64,000 nt of DNA from Tubiluchus corallicola (lineage: Eukaryota; Animalia; Priapulida), in contig JAQGDQ010000101.1 in NCBI GenBank assembly GCA_030141605.1, positions 321,797 through 385,796 of the forward strand. The letters are read 5' to 3'. Under the pieces are notes generated by a model, which was given only the letters and a program-made list of their open reading frames with translations, searched no databases and was not told the DNA's origin. This document shows positions 37,278 to 49,600 of the stretch, in pieces; position 1 is the first letter of the stretch; every line of letters starts with the position of its first letter. The position numbers and the translations under genes are program-made.

Positions 37278-37870
37278 ATGTCACAAGAGGAAATTGACAA
37301 TGTTTCAGAAGGCTACTACATGCAGTCCAAAGTACCCATGAGAAAGTGGAGACCACCAGATGCTCCTGCAGATGAAGTTTGGCGTGTACACCACCAAATT
37401 GTAGTACCACAACGTTACCGTGAAGAACTAATGAAGATAGCCCATGAATTGCCATTAGCCAGACATGCTGATGTTAAGAAGACGCAAGATAAAATTTTAC
37501 AACACTTCTTTTGGCCAAATTGAGAAAAGATGTCTCTCAATTTTGTAAAACTTGTCATGTGTGCCAAATGGTAGGCAAACCAAACCAGAAAATTCCTATA
37601 GCTCCACTTAATCCACTTCCAATATTTGAAGAACCATTCAGCAGAATCCTAATTGACTGTGTAGGGCCGGTGCCGAAAACCAAGTCAGGATATCAGTATC
37701 TTCTTACAATTATGGATCTGACTACGAGGTTTCCAGAAGCTATACCTTTAAAGGAGATAACAGCTGCAGCAGTAGTTGATGCCTTGCTGAAGTTCTTTAC
37801 ACAGCTTGGCCTGCCGAAGGAAATACAATCAGACCAAGGTTCTAACTTTATGGCAAATATTTTCCAACAA
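37278..37870 (+). pseudogene. pol: Gmr1-like integrase (zinc-binding region and catalytic core), located upstream of RT
   Basis: AHELPLARH...FFWP/CKTCHVCQ, ILIDCVGP, LTIMDLTTRFPEAIPL, IQSDQGSNF. Frameshifts at ~37515 and ~37865. Confidence 0.9.
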
Positions 37871-39996
37871 GCTTGGTGTAAAGCAATTAAAGTCTTCGGC
37901 AAATCACCCACAAAGTCAAGGAGCTTTAGAGCGCTACCACCAAACTCTGAAAACAATGATGAAAATTTACTGCATTGAATATGCAAAGGATTGGGATAAA
38001 GGCATCAATTTCCTTTTGTTTGCTACGCGTGATACTCAGTCGGAGTCATTGGGTTTTACCCCCTTTGAACTGGTGTTTGGCCACCAAGTTAGGGGACCTC
38101 TCAAACTCGTTAAAGAACAATGGCTTCAGGAACAGCAGCCAGGAAGCAATCTGCTAGATTATGTATGCAATTTTAAAGAGAGACTTTACAGGGCGTGTGA
38201 ATTAGCTCATGAGAACTTGAAAATTGCCCAAGGAAAAATGAAGAAAACGTATGACAAGCATGCTCAATGTAGATTGTTCATAGTAGGTGACAAAGTACTC
38301 ATTTTGCTACCAATACCATTAGATCCATTAAAAGCAAAGTTCTCTGGTCCTTACATAATCGAGAAAAAACTCAACAATGTCAACTACATTATCAGCACTC
38401 CTGACAGACGCAAAACGCATAGACTTTGTCACATCAACATGATGAAGCCCTACTATGAAAGAACAGAGGATACAAAAGGAAAGACCACAACTGCAACTAA
38501 TCTTGCATTGAGCATAGTCAATTCTGACAAGGATGTTGCAGGACAAGAGTCTAGAGAGTCACATGCTTTTGTTTCAGAAGCAACAGGCTACAGCAGCTTG
38601 AAAAATTCAGAGATATTGGAAAATCCATGCACTTTATTCACACATTTAAGCAAGCAACAAGAAGAACAGATGGTTAATTTGTTCAGTCACTGCAAGCAGC
38701 TATTTGCAGATGTACCTGGTAAAACAAATGTATTGCAACATGACATTGATATAGGAGATGCTCAACCAATTAAGCAACACCCGTACAGAATGATCCCAGA
38801 AAAAACAGCACTAGTAAAAGCAGAAATACAGTACATGCTTGACAATGGCATAATCGAACACAGTCAAAGCAAATTCAGCTCACCAATAGTACCACTTTAT
38901 AAACAAGATGGTTCGATCCGAATTTGTATAGATTACAGAAAAGTAAATCAAATCACAAAAAGTGACAATTTCCCAATCCCAAGGGTTGATGATTGTATAG
39001 ATGAGCTTGGGCAAGCAGTTTATGTTAGTAAATATGATTTGCTTAAGGGGTACTGGCAAATGCCTTTAACCGACAGAGCTAAAGAAATATCAGCATTTGT
39101 AGTTGGTGATGGTTTATACCAATTTTCTGTTATGCCTTTCGGGCTAAAAAATGCCCCGGCAACCTTTGCTCGTCTGATGACTAATGTAACAGCTAATTTA
39201 ACAAATTGTGTAACATATATAGATGATGTAGTGATCTACAGTGAAAATTGGCGTAATCACTTAGTATACACCAAGTCTTTTTTGACTGCTGCAAATTTAG
39301 TGATTAACTTAAGTAAAAGTGAAATTGGTAAAGCTCAAGTAACTTACTTAGGTTACACTGTTGGACAGGGAAAGGTTTTGCCACGCGAAGCCAAAATCAG
39401 AGCAGTACTAGATCTTCCACCACCCACTACTAAACGAGAACGTATGCGATTTTTGGGAATGGTGGGTTACTACCAAAAATTTGTATCAAATTTTGCTACT
39501 TTAGCTACACCCCTTACCAAACTGCTCACGAAGAATACAGAGTTTTGTTGGTCATCAGCCTGTCAAGAAGCTTTTGACAAGCTTAGATCTGTACTTAGTA
39601 CCAAACCTGTGCTGAAAGCACCAGATTTTCAGCATCCTTTCAAGTTAGCAGTCGATGCTAGCGATGTAGCAGTAGGCGCTGCTTTGCTACAAGATGAGGA
39701 TGGTGTAGAACATCCGGTCGCCTATTTTTCTAAGAAACTGCTAAAACATCTATTTTTCTAAGAAACTGCTCAGATCCCTTATTCCACTATTGAGAAGGAA
39801 ACATTAGCATTGATTTTTCCTATGCAACATTTCGAGATTTATGTTACTTGTAATCACTCACCCACTTGTATTTACGGACTATAATCCATTGACATTTTTA
39901 CACAGATTCAGAAATAAGAATCAACGTTTATTGCGATGGAGTCTGTTCCTCCAACAGTATGATTTAATTATTGTACATGTCAAGCGTAAAGACAAT
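37806..39996 (+). pseudogene. pol: Gmr1-like pol: integrase C-terminus, reverse transcriptase and RNase H
   Basis: HPQSQGALERYH, KFSGPY, PIKQHPYR, RICIDYRKVN, DLLKGYWQ, MPFGLKNAPATF, TYIDD, LAVDASD, PVAYFSKKL. A small tandem duplication at ~39722-39771 breaks the frame, then STIEKE...RWSLFLQQY follows. Confidence 0.92.
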
Positions 39997-40006
39997 GGGG
40001 GTGAGA

Positions 40007-40249
40007 TGTTATGACCCGCCAGCCGATTTTAATTTAAGCGCCAGGTTGGCTTCTCACCTGTGTTCTGTACTTGCTTTTGACCTAGTTAGAGTTGTTATTG
40101 AGGTGGAAGTAATGTCGGCTGCTCAGGATGACAGCCCTGATGTTTTATTTTTGTTAATTAGTGTTTACTGGCAATAAATATGAAGTAATGTCGCAAATGC
40201 ATCTCCGTTTATTCACCATGTTTTGTGTAACCAATTCCAACTCATAACA
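40007..40249 (+). repeat. 3' LTR of the Gmr1-like element
   Basis: Near-identical to 34708-34950 and followed by TSD CCCG. Confidence 0.95.
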
Positions 40250-40253
40250 CCCG

Positions 40254-40820
40254 CTTAAATGATTTTACTAGACACTGTAGATAAAGCTATTGGTATGAAA
40301 TTATCGCTATCCATTATATCAAGACTCTTGTTTATGTTAACAGGTACAATTACATAGTCAGTAATAACAGCAGGTGCATATACGTGGTTAGACATAGCAG
40401 TGAACAACTGAGACAACAACACATAAATTCTATAGCTAGCAAAAATCACATGTTCAGCAGCAATACTATCAAGCCCATATGTCTTATGTCGTTTAAGAGA
40501 TCTAACAGAGCTCATATTTCTGATACATTACACATCTGATACATTACACACACAGGTTCACCACCAGCTGGAATATCTGCCTGTTCGCAATCACTATTTA
40601 ACTTATTATTTGACACTGAATTATTTGGCTCGTAATGCCTCTTCCAGAGTTTACAAATATTTTCTCCACCATGAACATCATCAATTTTGTCAGGGAGCGG
40701 AATATTATTATTACAACGAGTTTTAATCTTTCTCCAAAACTTATAAAGTGTCTCATTAAATAAACTACGAACAAAATTATCATTATGAGTGGACAATTCT
40801 TGTGCATTATTGGTTCGCAT
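40254..40820 (-). mobile_element. Older LINE RT relic flanking the Gypsy element (a further piece at ~34130-34250)
   Basis: KFWRKIK...IDDVHGGENICKLWKRHY, GLDSIAAEH, IVPVNINK...DNFIPIALSTVSSKII. On the other side of the Gypsy element: LCEKYAVENDIVFNVK. Confidence 0.7.
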
Positions 40821-41298
40821 TACATTATGACGTTATGATTTAACTTGTTCTAGTCGATTTTATTTTCCTCGTCGTTTTCTTACTGGTCGAAAGAACCCAC
40901 ATTTGTCTTTGTAAAGATCATTATGATGTTGCCATATTTTAATCTTGCTTTTTTGCTCGGGAAACAACATAATCATGTAAAAAACTGTTAATTTCATACA
41001 CATTTAGTACTGAGCGATAAAGACAACAACAACAACAACAACATCAACGATTACAACATTGTAGTTTGTGGAGTATTACTTTTAAAGTTGGCTATCTACG
41101 TGAGAATTTAGCCCTTAAACGAATTCAATATTAAACTGAACAACATCATTGCTGAACAATAATTATGGTCTAAAGTACGTAACCGAAAATGATTATGTTT
41201 TGCGCTTGTTTTGACAGTGTACATGAACATTATCTAAACTTTTCTACAAAAACGTTTTTTGAGCAACCGCTTTTTACTAATTGACAAAAAAGGAACGA

Positions 41299-42384
41299 TC
41301 ATATTAATTCCAGTTCTGCTGCCCAGTTTAGTTTCAAAGGCTTGACTGGAAAATAAGTAAAACTTTCAATCCACATGTCCAGAGGCTTAAAGTCGCAAGA
41401 GTGAGCATACTGGCTTTTACTTTTATAATGCATTCCCGGTTCTCTTCTGTTGCACGATAGAGTTCTGCTGAAAGGGAGATTACTATAAAGTGTGTAAAGA
41501 TGGTTTATATCATTGTAATATATAAAGTATGAAGTTGGCATTGACTTCTGGTGGAATAACTTAACCCACTTATTAGTAACAAGATATTTCTCATTTTTAA
41601 TGTAAGGGACAAAGGTTTGATTTTTCAAAACTTCAAACACCCATTCGCGAAATCGTATCCAGACTTTTGGCATAGGGGCATAACCCCAATATCCTGGTAA
41701 GCGATAGAGAAATGCAGAATCTTTGCACTCCGGACAAAGAGGATTCTTGTTTAAGACGCGTCCTTTTTTCATCTTCACCACAAGTGTTTGTCTCTGCAGT
41801 GACACGGCTCCAACGTCCTTGTTGTCTTTGTAAAACAAAAGTGCAGGTTTCAGCCACCGATAAAAATATGGCGACAGTTCTAAGTCGTCTTCTAAAATCA
41901 AGCCAAAATCATTTGAATTTCCTGTCGGTTTCCAGCAATCGTACCACTGAATATATGGACCCACATGCTTAGAGTGAACGTGAACCAGCTTCTCTCCATG
42001 CGGCCAAATGAACGAGTTAGATATAGATATGGTTTCATTGCAGACAATATTGTGCTGCATTTTTCTATCTATACATATTTTTAATGTTACGCTGTCGTTT
42101 TGGTAATCAGCAACAGTTAACGAATTCAGCAACCTCAACAATGACATTGGTCTGTTGTAAGTAAGGACTGCTAATTGGAGGTGAAAGCGTTGATTCCGGT
42201 CCCCCAACTCTACATTTACAGTGAAATTTTGCGATGAAAAACTGACCGAGAAATTCTTTTCTTCAGTTTTCTTGCCCATTTCTAAAATTCGGCTTAGACT
42301 GTATAAAATAACCATGCTTAAACTAACAGCAACGACTTTGCTTCGCACATTTCGCATTGTTAAAAACGAGTGCTTTAGTTCCAT
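41299..42384 (-). CDS. Type II membrane GT-A-fold glycosyltransferase of unknown specificity (GT2/GT13-like), single coding exon, 361 aa
   Basis: Anchor VVAVSLSMVILYSL. First strand-helix LAVLTYNRPMSLLRLLNSL, then LKICID, WPHG, the DxD-type motif ILEDDLELSPYFY, AVSLQ, LPGYWG and REPGMHY. ORF intact. Confidence 0.85.
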   Translation of the reverse strand: MELKHSFLTMRNVRSKVVAVSLSMVILYSLSRILEMGKKTEEKNFSVSFSSQNFTVNVELGDRNQRFHLQLAVLTYNRPMSLLRLLNSLTVADYQNDSVTLKICIDRKMQHNIVCNETISISNSFIWPHGEKLVHVHSKHVGPYIQWYDCWKPTGNSNDFGLILEDDLELSPYFYRWLKPALLFYKDNKDVGAVSLQRQTLVVKMKKGRVLNKNPLCPECKDSAFLYRLPGYWGYAPMPKVWIRFREWVFEVLKNQTFVPYIKNEKYLVTNKWVKLFHQKSMPTSYFIYYNDINHLYTLYSNLPFSRTLSCNRREPGMHYKSKSQYAHSCDFKPLDMWIESFTYFPVKPLKLNWAAELELI

Positions 42385-42859
42385 TTACCACATCAGCTTT
42401 GCTGTGGCTTCTTCTCGTAAAGAACAAATTTTCGCTTACGTGAGACCACGACTTCGCAAAGAAATGTTTGAACTTTTGTAGCCTACAAATTAATGTTTTG
42501 TAGCCAGCTAAAGCAATAACGCATAAAGCATTACGGATGTCTAGTCAACGCAGCTTTAACCTGCCTGATAGAGCACATCATTTCTACGATGTAAATATAG
42601 AAGGCTAGGTCATGAGTTGTACCAAACTCCTAGGTAACTGAAAACAGTTTTAACAGCTTCTTTCTTAATTTCTTTTACAGGCCTCGCGTATAACAACTAG
42701 GTGATGTTTTCACTATCCAACCATGCACTCAATAATAATCCATTAATAAATGCGCAAAAATGCTCAATTGTTCGTGACACTTCTTCGCAAGTTTTTAATT
42801 CACAAACCACTCTTCTAGTCGCCAATAAGGCTTACTGAAATTTGGAGAAAGCGAAATTG

Positions 42860-43130
42860 TAAAACTGCGAACCGGAAACACAGGACCTGTATTTGGAAAA
42901 CATGTCAGAGAATGGACAGGGAGAGGTCTGTAGGAGGGAATCCAGAAACTGCGAATCGGAGTACGCGGAATATCCGGAAACTGTGAACCAGAGTCTGTGG
43001 GAGTGGCCAGAATCTGTGAATCGGAAACTACTGACTAGGTTTTAAATGGAGAGGCTTTAAAGAAAGTGAGAATCCAGAAAACTGCAAAACGGAAATTGTG
43101 GATTACCTGGAAACTGTGAAACTGAAAATA
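42860..43130. repeat. Degenerate tandem array of a CCRGAAACTGYGAAYC motif (about 6 copies)
   Basis: AAACTGCGAACCGG, CCAGAAACTGCGAATCGG, CCGGAAACTGTGAACCAG, CCAGAATCTGTGAATCGG, CCAGAAAACTGCAAAACGG, CTGGAAACTGTGAAAC. Confidence 0.65.
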
Positions 43131-44059
43131 TCGGGTTTAATTTATTGTTTGGCTATGTGTTCTGTGCTAATCGTATAATTATAATTTACATAGTATGCAA
43201 GTAATGCAGTGATGATATTTCTGAAATTAACCTACATCTTAGCATCGTGATAGATATGGGCACAGTATGTATGTAAATTGAACACTGACTAATTGCTTGA
43301 AGGAGTACAAACCTAACGAACACACCATGCAGCTTAGTAAAGATTTAACCCACATGCAGGCTGTAAAATTTGCTCCGATAAGTTCTCCAATGAAATACTT
43401 GATGATGCTGCTATTAAAAGTACTTATAATGAGTAATAAACTTAAAATAATTAATTTGAACGCCAAGTTGAGAATTTTAAAGAAATTTAGGCAATGCAGT
43501 ATTGAACGCATTTGCCTTTCCAGAGTCATAAACATTTTTACAAGTGATTCAACGTTAAAACTAAAGTTAAAGTCATTAAAATCGGGCCCAATTTTTACGT
43601 TAAAAACTATGATAATTAATAATTATTACAGGTAAGTTGGTGTTGCCATTGTACAGCTGTAAGATGCATATCGAAGCAATAAATAAAATTTTATGGGAAT
43701 TACATTTAGCTTTCACACATATGAAAATGTTTGAAGTAAAAATTAAGATCTGCGTTACATAACTTATTAAGTCAAGACTATAAAGCATAGCATCAGGATT
43801 AAGGCAACATAGGTCCACTAGTAAAATATATGAAGTTATTAAGCTTAGATTTATCAGCGCCATAATTAATTTACTATTGTGTGACTTAGAAAGAGTAACG
43901 TAAATTATGAGAGTTAGACTGATTGCCAACAGGCTAATGTTGACGATAGGCCTATAACATGCACACATTTCATCATTAATGGGTACATTATATAAAGTAC
44001 AGACGGCACTAGTCGTCCGAAAAGCTAATTAAAAGTAGATTCCGAATTGCATTAATTTT

Positions 44060-44460
44060 AGTGATTTGGATTTATTGGATGATGAGCAAAAAGGATTTCA
44101 GCCATGTGGATGGAGTTAACACAAGATATATATTTAAACTCTTATCTGATGTTCAGAGACAAATAAACAATAAATTGGTGAAGCTATTGATAGTATCTGG
44201 ATTGATGGGTTGACATGGTAGTTGCTTCACCAGAGTATTCAGGGAAAAATGTTAAACGTTGTTAAATGCTTATTCAAAAACCGTAATATTAATCTAGGTA
44301 AAAACCGTAACCTTGGAATCAATAATATTATTTCACAAACTTACTCTTGCCAGATTAGTTTGCCACAAGATCCAGTGCTGTCACCAATTTTATTGTTTCA
44401 TGATGACAATGATGACAGTCTCGCAAAGAATAAAAAAAAATATGCTGATGGCAAAGAATT
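44060..44460 (+). mobile_element. LINE RT relic
   Basis: LDDEQKGF...IQGKMLNVVKCLFKNR...LPQDPVLSPILL...KYADG. Confidence 0.65.
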
Positions 44461-44969
44461 AGAAACTGTTGTTCTAAATATAGAGGTTGGCTTCAATTCT
44501 GATTTTCCACCATAGTTTAAGATTGTATCCTGATTTCCTTTTACTATATTTCTTTCTACATTTGCAGGGAGAAACATAAACAGGCCAGCTGTAATTCACC
44601 ATGACCTAAATGCGATTTACTAGCATGTATCATTCATGATTCATTCCCATAGGTGACTCTGCTGGAGTACTGATTTGCAGTACGAATTAAAAAAACACAA
44701 ACTTACAATACGTTTCTGGTGAAATCGTGTGTAACCAGGTTGCGCATTCTCTGGGTAGAATAATTTTCGTGTAATGTGCGATGCCCACGTTACATTATTC
44801 TTGAGCAATTCGAAATGTAATACAAAAATATACATCAGTTTCATCCGCACGTGTTAAGGGAACCAACTCTAATTATAGAAAAAGTAATAGTGCAAAAAGT
44901 GCTTTAAAAATTGTTTTTTCTAGTAATAAAAAGATAGCTTAACATTTGTTTTTGTGTAACACAACCAAA

Positions 44970-46614
44970 ATGGTTTTTTTATCGCAATGTCGATCAGGTA
45001 ATCGACTGATTTTTGCAGTGTTTATTATAGCTATTGTTGTCAGTTATGAATTTTTTCTACGCGGTGATTGGTTGCGTAAATTAACAAAAACTCCTCACAC
45101 TGAATTTGAAATAAAAGTACTAAACGATCGACTAGAAGATTTGAGAAATACCAAAACATCATTAGATAGCGAAGTTGAAGTTACTAAGAGGCAAATAAAG
45201 AAACTGCTGCAAAAGAAAAAAAAATTAGTGGACGAATTACCGATTGACATTAGTTTGTACAATGAAACAAGTTCGTGGTCTGATTTGGAACCTCACACAG
45301 CCGAAAAACAGTCGAAACATTCAACAAATTGCAATTTTGATACGTGCGTAGACTATTCGCGTTGTTCATTGTCAAACATGTTTAAGATTTATGCTTATTT
45401 AGAAGAGGAGAATACTAACGACAATATTAAAACATCTATCATCGATGCACTTTCTCGCAGTATGTACCTTACACGAGACCCAAAAAAAGCGTGCATGTTT
45501 ATCGCATTTATGCAAAGCGGTACAGAAGGACAGTCAGAGTTTCAATTTGAATCATTGCCATACTGGAATGGAGATGGCAAAAATCACCTTGTTTTTCATC
45601 TGTCAGACAGCGTGAAACATTTTAATGATGATACTATTGTAAAAAAAGTTGATCAAGCCATGCTTGCTCGATCTAATTTTGATAGAAAAAAATTTAGACC
45701 AGGTTATGATATAATTCTTCCAATCTTGTCTCAAATAATTCATGATGATGTGTGGAAACCACCTCCGCCTCCAATACCTGCCAGAAGACGATATTTGCTT
45801 ACCTTTTCTGGAGAAATATATAAGCAAGGGAAAGACAAAGAAGATGACACTTATGAATTTGAGGTAGATGAAAACTCGCATTATTTATATTTTGATCAAC
45901 AATTTGTCAGCAAAACGTTAAAAAGAATGGCGTCATCCGCTCAAGCTGATTATTACCTTGAATTTAAATGTGATTCTGTAAATATGATAAAATTGAATGA
46001 TAATCAACTTCCTTTTGAATGGACACTGTGCGGCAATGCAGAGGATCGTTCACTTCTTTTGAGGGAATCAACATTTTCCTTAATAATTTCGCCAAGCAAT
46101 GCGAGCGTTGTTTCTTCTGCTTTGACTAGTAAACGTCTTGTAGAGTCCCTAAAATACGGTGCTGTGCCTGTGATACTGGGGTCGATTAAGTTACCGTTCT
46201 ACGAACATATTAATTGGAATAGAGCTGCATTTTTTCTACCTCCAGCCCGCATCTTCGAACTGGATTTTTTTCTGAGGACTATTACAGGTGGCGATATTGT
46301 TGCGATGAGACGTCAAGGTCGCATCATATGGGAACGGTACTTTTCATCTGTTCAAGCCGTGATTGAAGCAGTATTGGCACAGATTCGTACAAGATTACAG
46401 CTACCGGCTGTGCATCCCACTGAAGATGTTAACTTTGTTTTACAACCCCATTCAAATTCCTCAATCAAACAAAGGAAGTATCCATCTGTCCCCTTTTGGA
46501 GAAATATCACGTGGTCTTGTTTAACTGATAACTGGAATAACATTGTTGATTCATACAACCTTTCTCCGTATAATCCATACGAGCCATTTTTAAATAACGG
46601 AGCTGAATTTACAG
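44970..46614 (+). CDS. EXTL3: EXTL3-like coding exon 1 (TM, coiled coil, GT47/exostosin domain)
   Basis: Lies within the 567-aa ORF: [12 protein letters not shown] anchor, [57 protein letters not shown]. Donor ACAG|GTATTT at 46614. Confidence 0.93.
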
Positions 46615-49600
46615 GTATTTCAAACACTTTTTGTGTTTTTGTAAAATAGCAATCAATGCGTTCTACCAGGCAATAGTTGATATACGTTTTCTGGACACAG
46701 TTAACACAGCATCCTAGATTTTGAAATCACATAGTTTGATGTATCTCTGGTTCTAAGAGCAAAGCATCAGTAATTGATAATTTTATTTTGCTGTTTAGCA
46801 CTCTTCAAATCAAGATCCAGCACTTAAGCACTGAGTGACTTATTCAATGCTGACGATTGCAGCAAAACTGGATGTGAACACCTGTCAATAATAATCTTCT
46901 AAGACTGAGACACTCAGCCAGCTGGGCATATATATATATATATACATATCCTCCTTCAAGAAGGTATATAACTGAGGAGAGGGCAGTGTGGCACCATCTA
47001 GGAAGAAGCGATTTTCTTACAGTCACTCATCAACTTACTACTCAAGTCTGGCATTGTTTAACATCATAATTTTCAGTACTGCTTGTATTGCTAGGATTTT
47101 GTGTGTTTAGTATTGCTAGGCTAGAAAACTCTTACTTAGGAGTAAATATTCTTGATTTTTAGAAGTATTCCTTACTTTGCAACAAAACTGAGATTTGCCA
47201 TTATGATTTCTCATAAAGAAAAAACAATTTTTCTTTGCGAAAAATTAGTGTAGTTCTCGTAATCTAGTTTCTCTTGGTACAAATCCTTACGGCTGAAATA
47301 AATGAAAACAAAAAATCGACGTATTGGTTTGTTAATAAAATACAGTACAAAACACCAGTTTAGCAAAAGTTTCTTTTTTCTGAAAGACAATTATTAACAT
47401 TTAGTTTAACTTCGTTGAATAGAAGAAAATTAGTTGCATGATTAAATGTATTGCTATAACTACGTAATTAGGTAAACTATATTGAAATTAATTAACAATA
47501 ACTTAGGTTGTTAGAACCTTTAACAGTTACAAGGACAGCAATGAGAACTGCAAGTAGCCTTAAGAACAACAATGCCACAACAATAAATTCGTAAGAAATT
47601 CACAGTCATAATGCTCATTACAGACTGAAAAATAGAGCTATGGCGGAGAGAACCAAAAGACGGGTAAAATGTCATACAACTACTATAGCTATAGCTCACG
47701 AAAGGCCAAAATGCTAATGTGTTCAAGGATATTAGGTGCTTCAATTTTAAAAGAGTGAATACTGTAAAAGGTAAAAAGCCTACTAAATAAACAAACAGGT
47801 AGCAGCACCGTGGCAGTAATTGAGAACTAAATTACAACCAAAAAAGATCCTATGCATCCACTACATATGTTGTTCTTCGTTTTTTTTAAATGAAGTGAAG
47901 CTGTTACACCCAAGAATTCAAGTTTTTAAAAACAAGGCTCCGATTGTGCTGGTGCTGACGACTCAGTCAATTCTTGTATGAACAGAAACATTTGAAAGTT
48001 GGTCGAATGCTCTGTGATCTTGTTATTATTATTCTTTCCTTTTTCTATCAACCTCAAAATGCTTGATACTGTCGTAAATAGTCGTCAAGTGGGCTTGGTT
48101 TGAATGTTGTGACTTTAGCTCAGGTTTATATGAGGCTGGACTTAACAGGCGACCAAGCTGACCAAGCCTAATAGAACTTGAAGTTGAAACCTAGTCTCCT
48201 GCCTTCTGATGACATGTTCTGACCAGCAAAAATTATTTCATGCCATTTTATAGTTATTTTGTTGATTTTATTGTCATGGAACATGGAAAGAATCACTGCC
48301 ACTGACTTAAACTGAAAAATAACTGCAATAAATCATAACTGTGGAAAATAGTAGATATTCTTAGCTTCGCTTACAGTCGGTAGTTCGTCATAGCATAATG
48401 ACCTTAACTTGTTTACAATGTGCTGTTTTGGTTCGATCCTCAGTTTAAATTTTCATGTGAGTTTTAAACCATGTATAGGTTTGTGTTTGTACAGTCAGCA
48501 TCTTTGTAGGCAGGCAAGATTTCAACTTGTCCCTGCTTTATAGGGAGGGGGGGTAATCATGAAAATCAAGTTAAACTTATTTTATAGTTGCCTTCCCCGG
48601 GAACAACTTGGAAATTTTTTAGCAGTACATTGCCTAATTAATAAGTGATTAACTTAAGTATATTTCACGGGAAACGCCATGGAGCTGCATTTACGCCTAG
48701 CAGCTCAGGCTGATGACGTGACAGAGTGTCAATCAGCCTGTTGCGATACTGTCGACATGGTGGGCTAAAAATAAAGCTGTTATCGCTACATTACAACTTT
48801 GACCTCAAACATGAAATTTTTGTGAAGAATGAGGTACGTATTTAATCGCGAGTTATTCAAGCTCAACTTAATTTTGGTGATATTCCCCCTTTAAACTTTC
48901 ATCGATAACTGTACTTTGTTTTTTTTGAAGTAACTTATGTTGTTTAATTTGTTTAAACGGATTTGATTAATGGCATTGGTATACATTTGACGTGATTTTT
49001 ATACGATTGAACTTCCACACCTCAATTATTTCTTCTACAATATAACTGCGAATTTTAGCTACAATTTTCAAGTTATCAAACTTTATAATCCTTGTAGACG
49101 ATTATTAGCAAGCCTACATTTGGCTTGCTAATTACTCATATACCTGTATCTGTTTATTGCTTCATCCTTGTCTCACTAACTTGTTTTTAATGAGTTTGAG
49201 TCGTTGATTTTGTAAATAAGCTCTTTGATTTTGAGGGTATCTGCATGTTGTGAGAAATTTTGGTGTATTACGAATGGCTTAATGCTCATGATTGCATAAT
49301 TTTCATTGTATGTGTGTATTTTGTTTTCATGGTGTGGTGTCATATGTCAGTAAGTGTTAGTCGTGTATTTATTTCAATATTTATTTTCCTAGCAAAGTTG
49401 GAATCATATCAGTAACAAGTTTGATACTGACGGTTTCATATAAAGGAAGAACCAACCTTGCCTGTCTAGGTTTAAACATCTCGAGTTACAAAATAAAAAA
49501 AACACTTAACTTACATCATCCACCACAATCATGTTATCGCAGGGATTTAATACCGAAGCAGTTATACTCTAAATAAACGTAGCAGCTAGCAAACTTAAAA

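Larger units (their letters stand above)
34708..40249 (+). mobile_element. Gmr1-type Ty3/Gypsy LTR retrotransposon (gag-PR-IN-RT-RH order), defective, 4-bp TSD CCCG
   Basis: 243-bp TG...CA LTRs at 34708-34950 and 40007-40249 (3 differences seen). CCCG at 34704-34707 and 40250-40253. PBS remnant TGGGGGC-GGGAT and PPT GGGGGTGAGA. Integrase precedes RT. Confidence 0.95.

Noticed and set aside
46845-46875. CTGACGA as a hammerhead ribozyme core (also 25355, 48710 and 58692 on the minus strand)
   Set aside because: No stem II followed by GAAA and no compatible stems I/III were found by eye.
48500-48615. Possible missing EXTL3 linker exon (contains LPREQL, similar to VPREQF)
   Set aside because: No phase-compatible, stop-free exon with proper splice sites could be built; probably coincidental.
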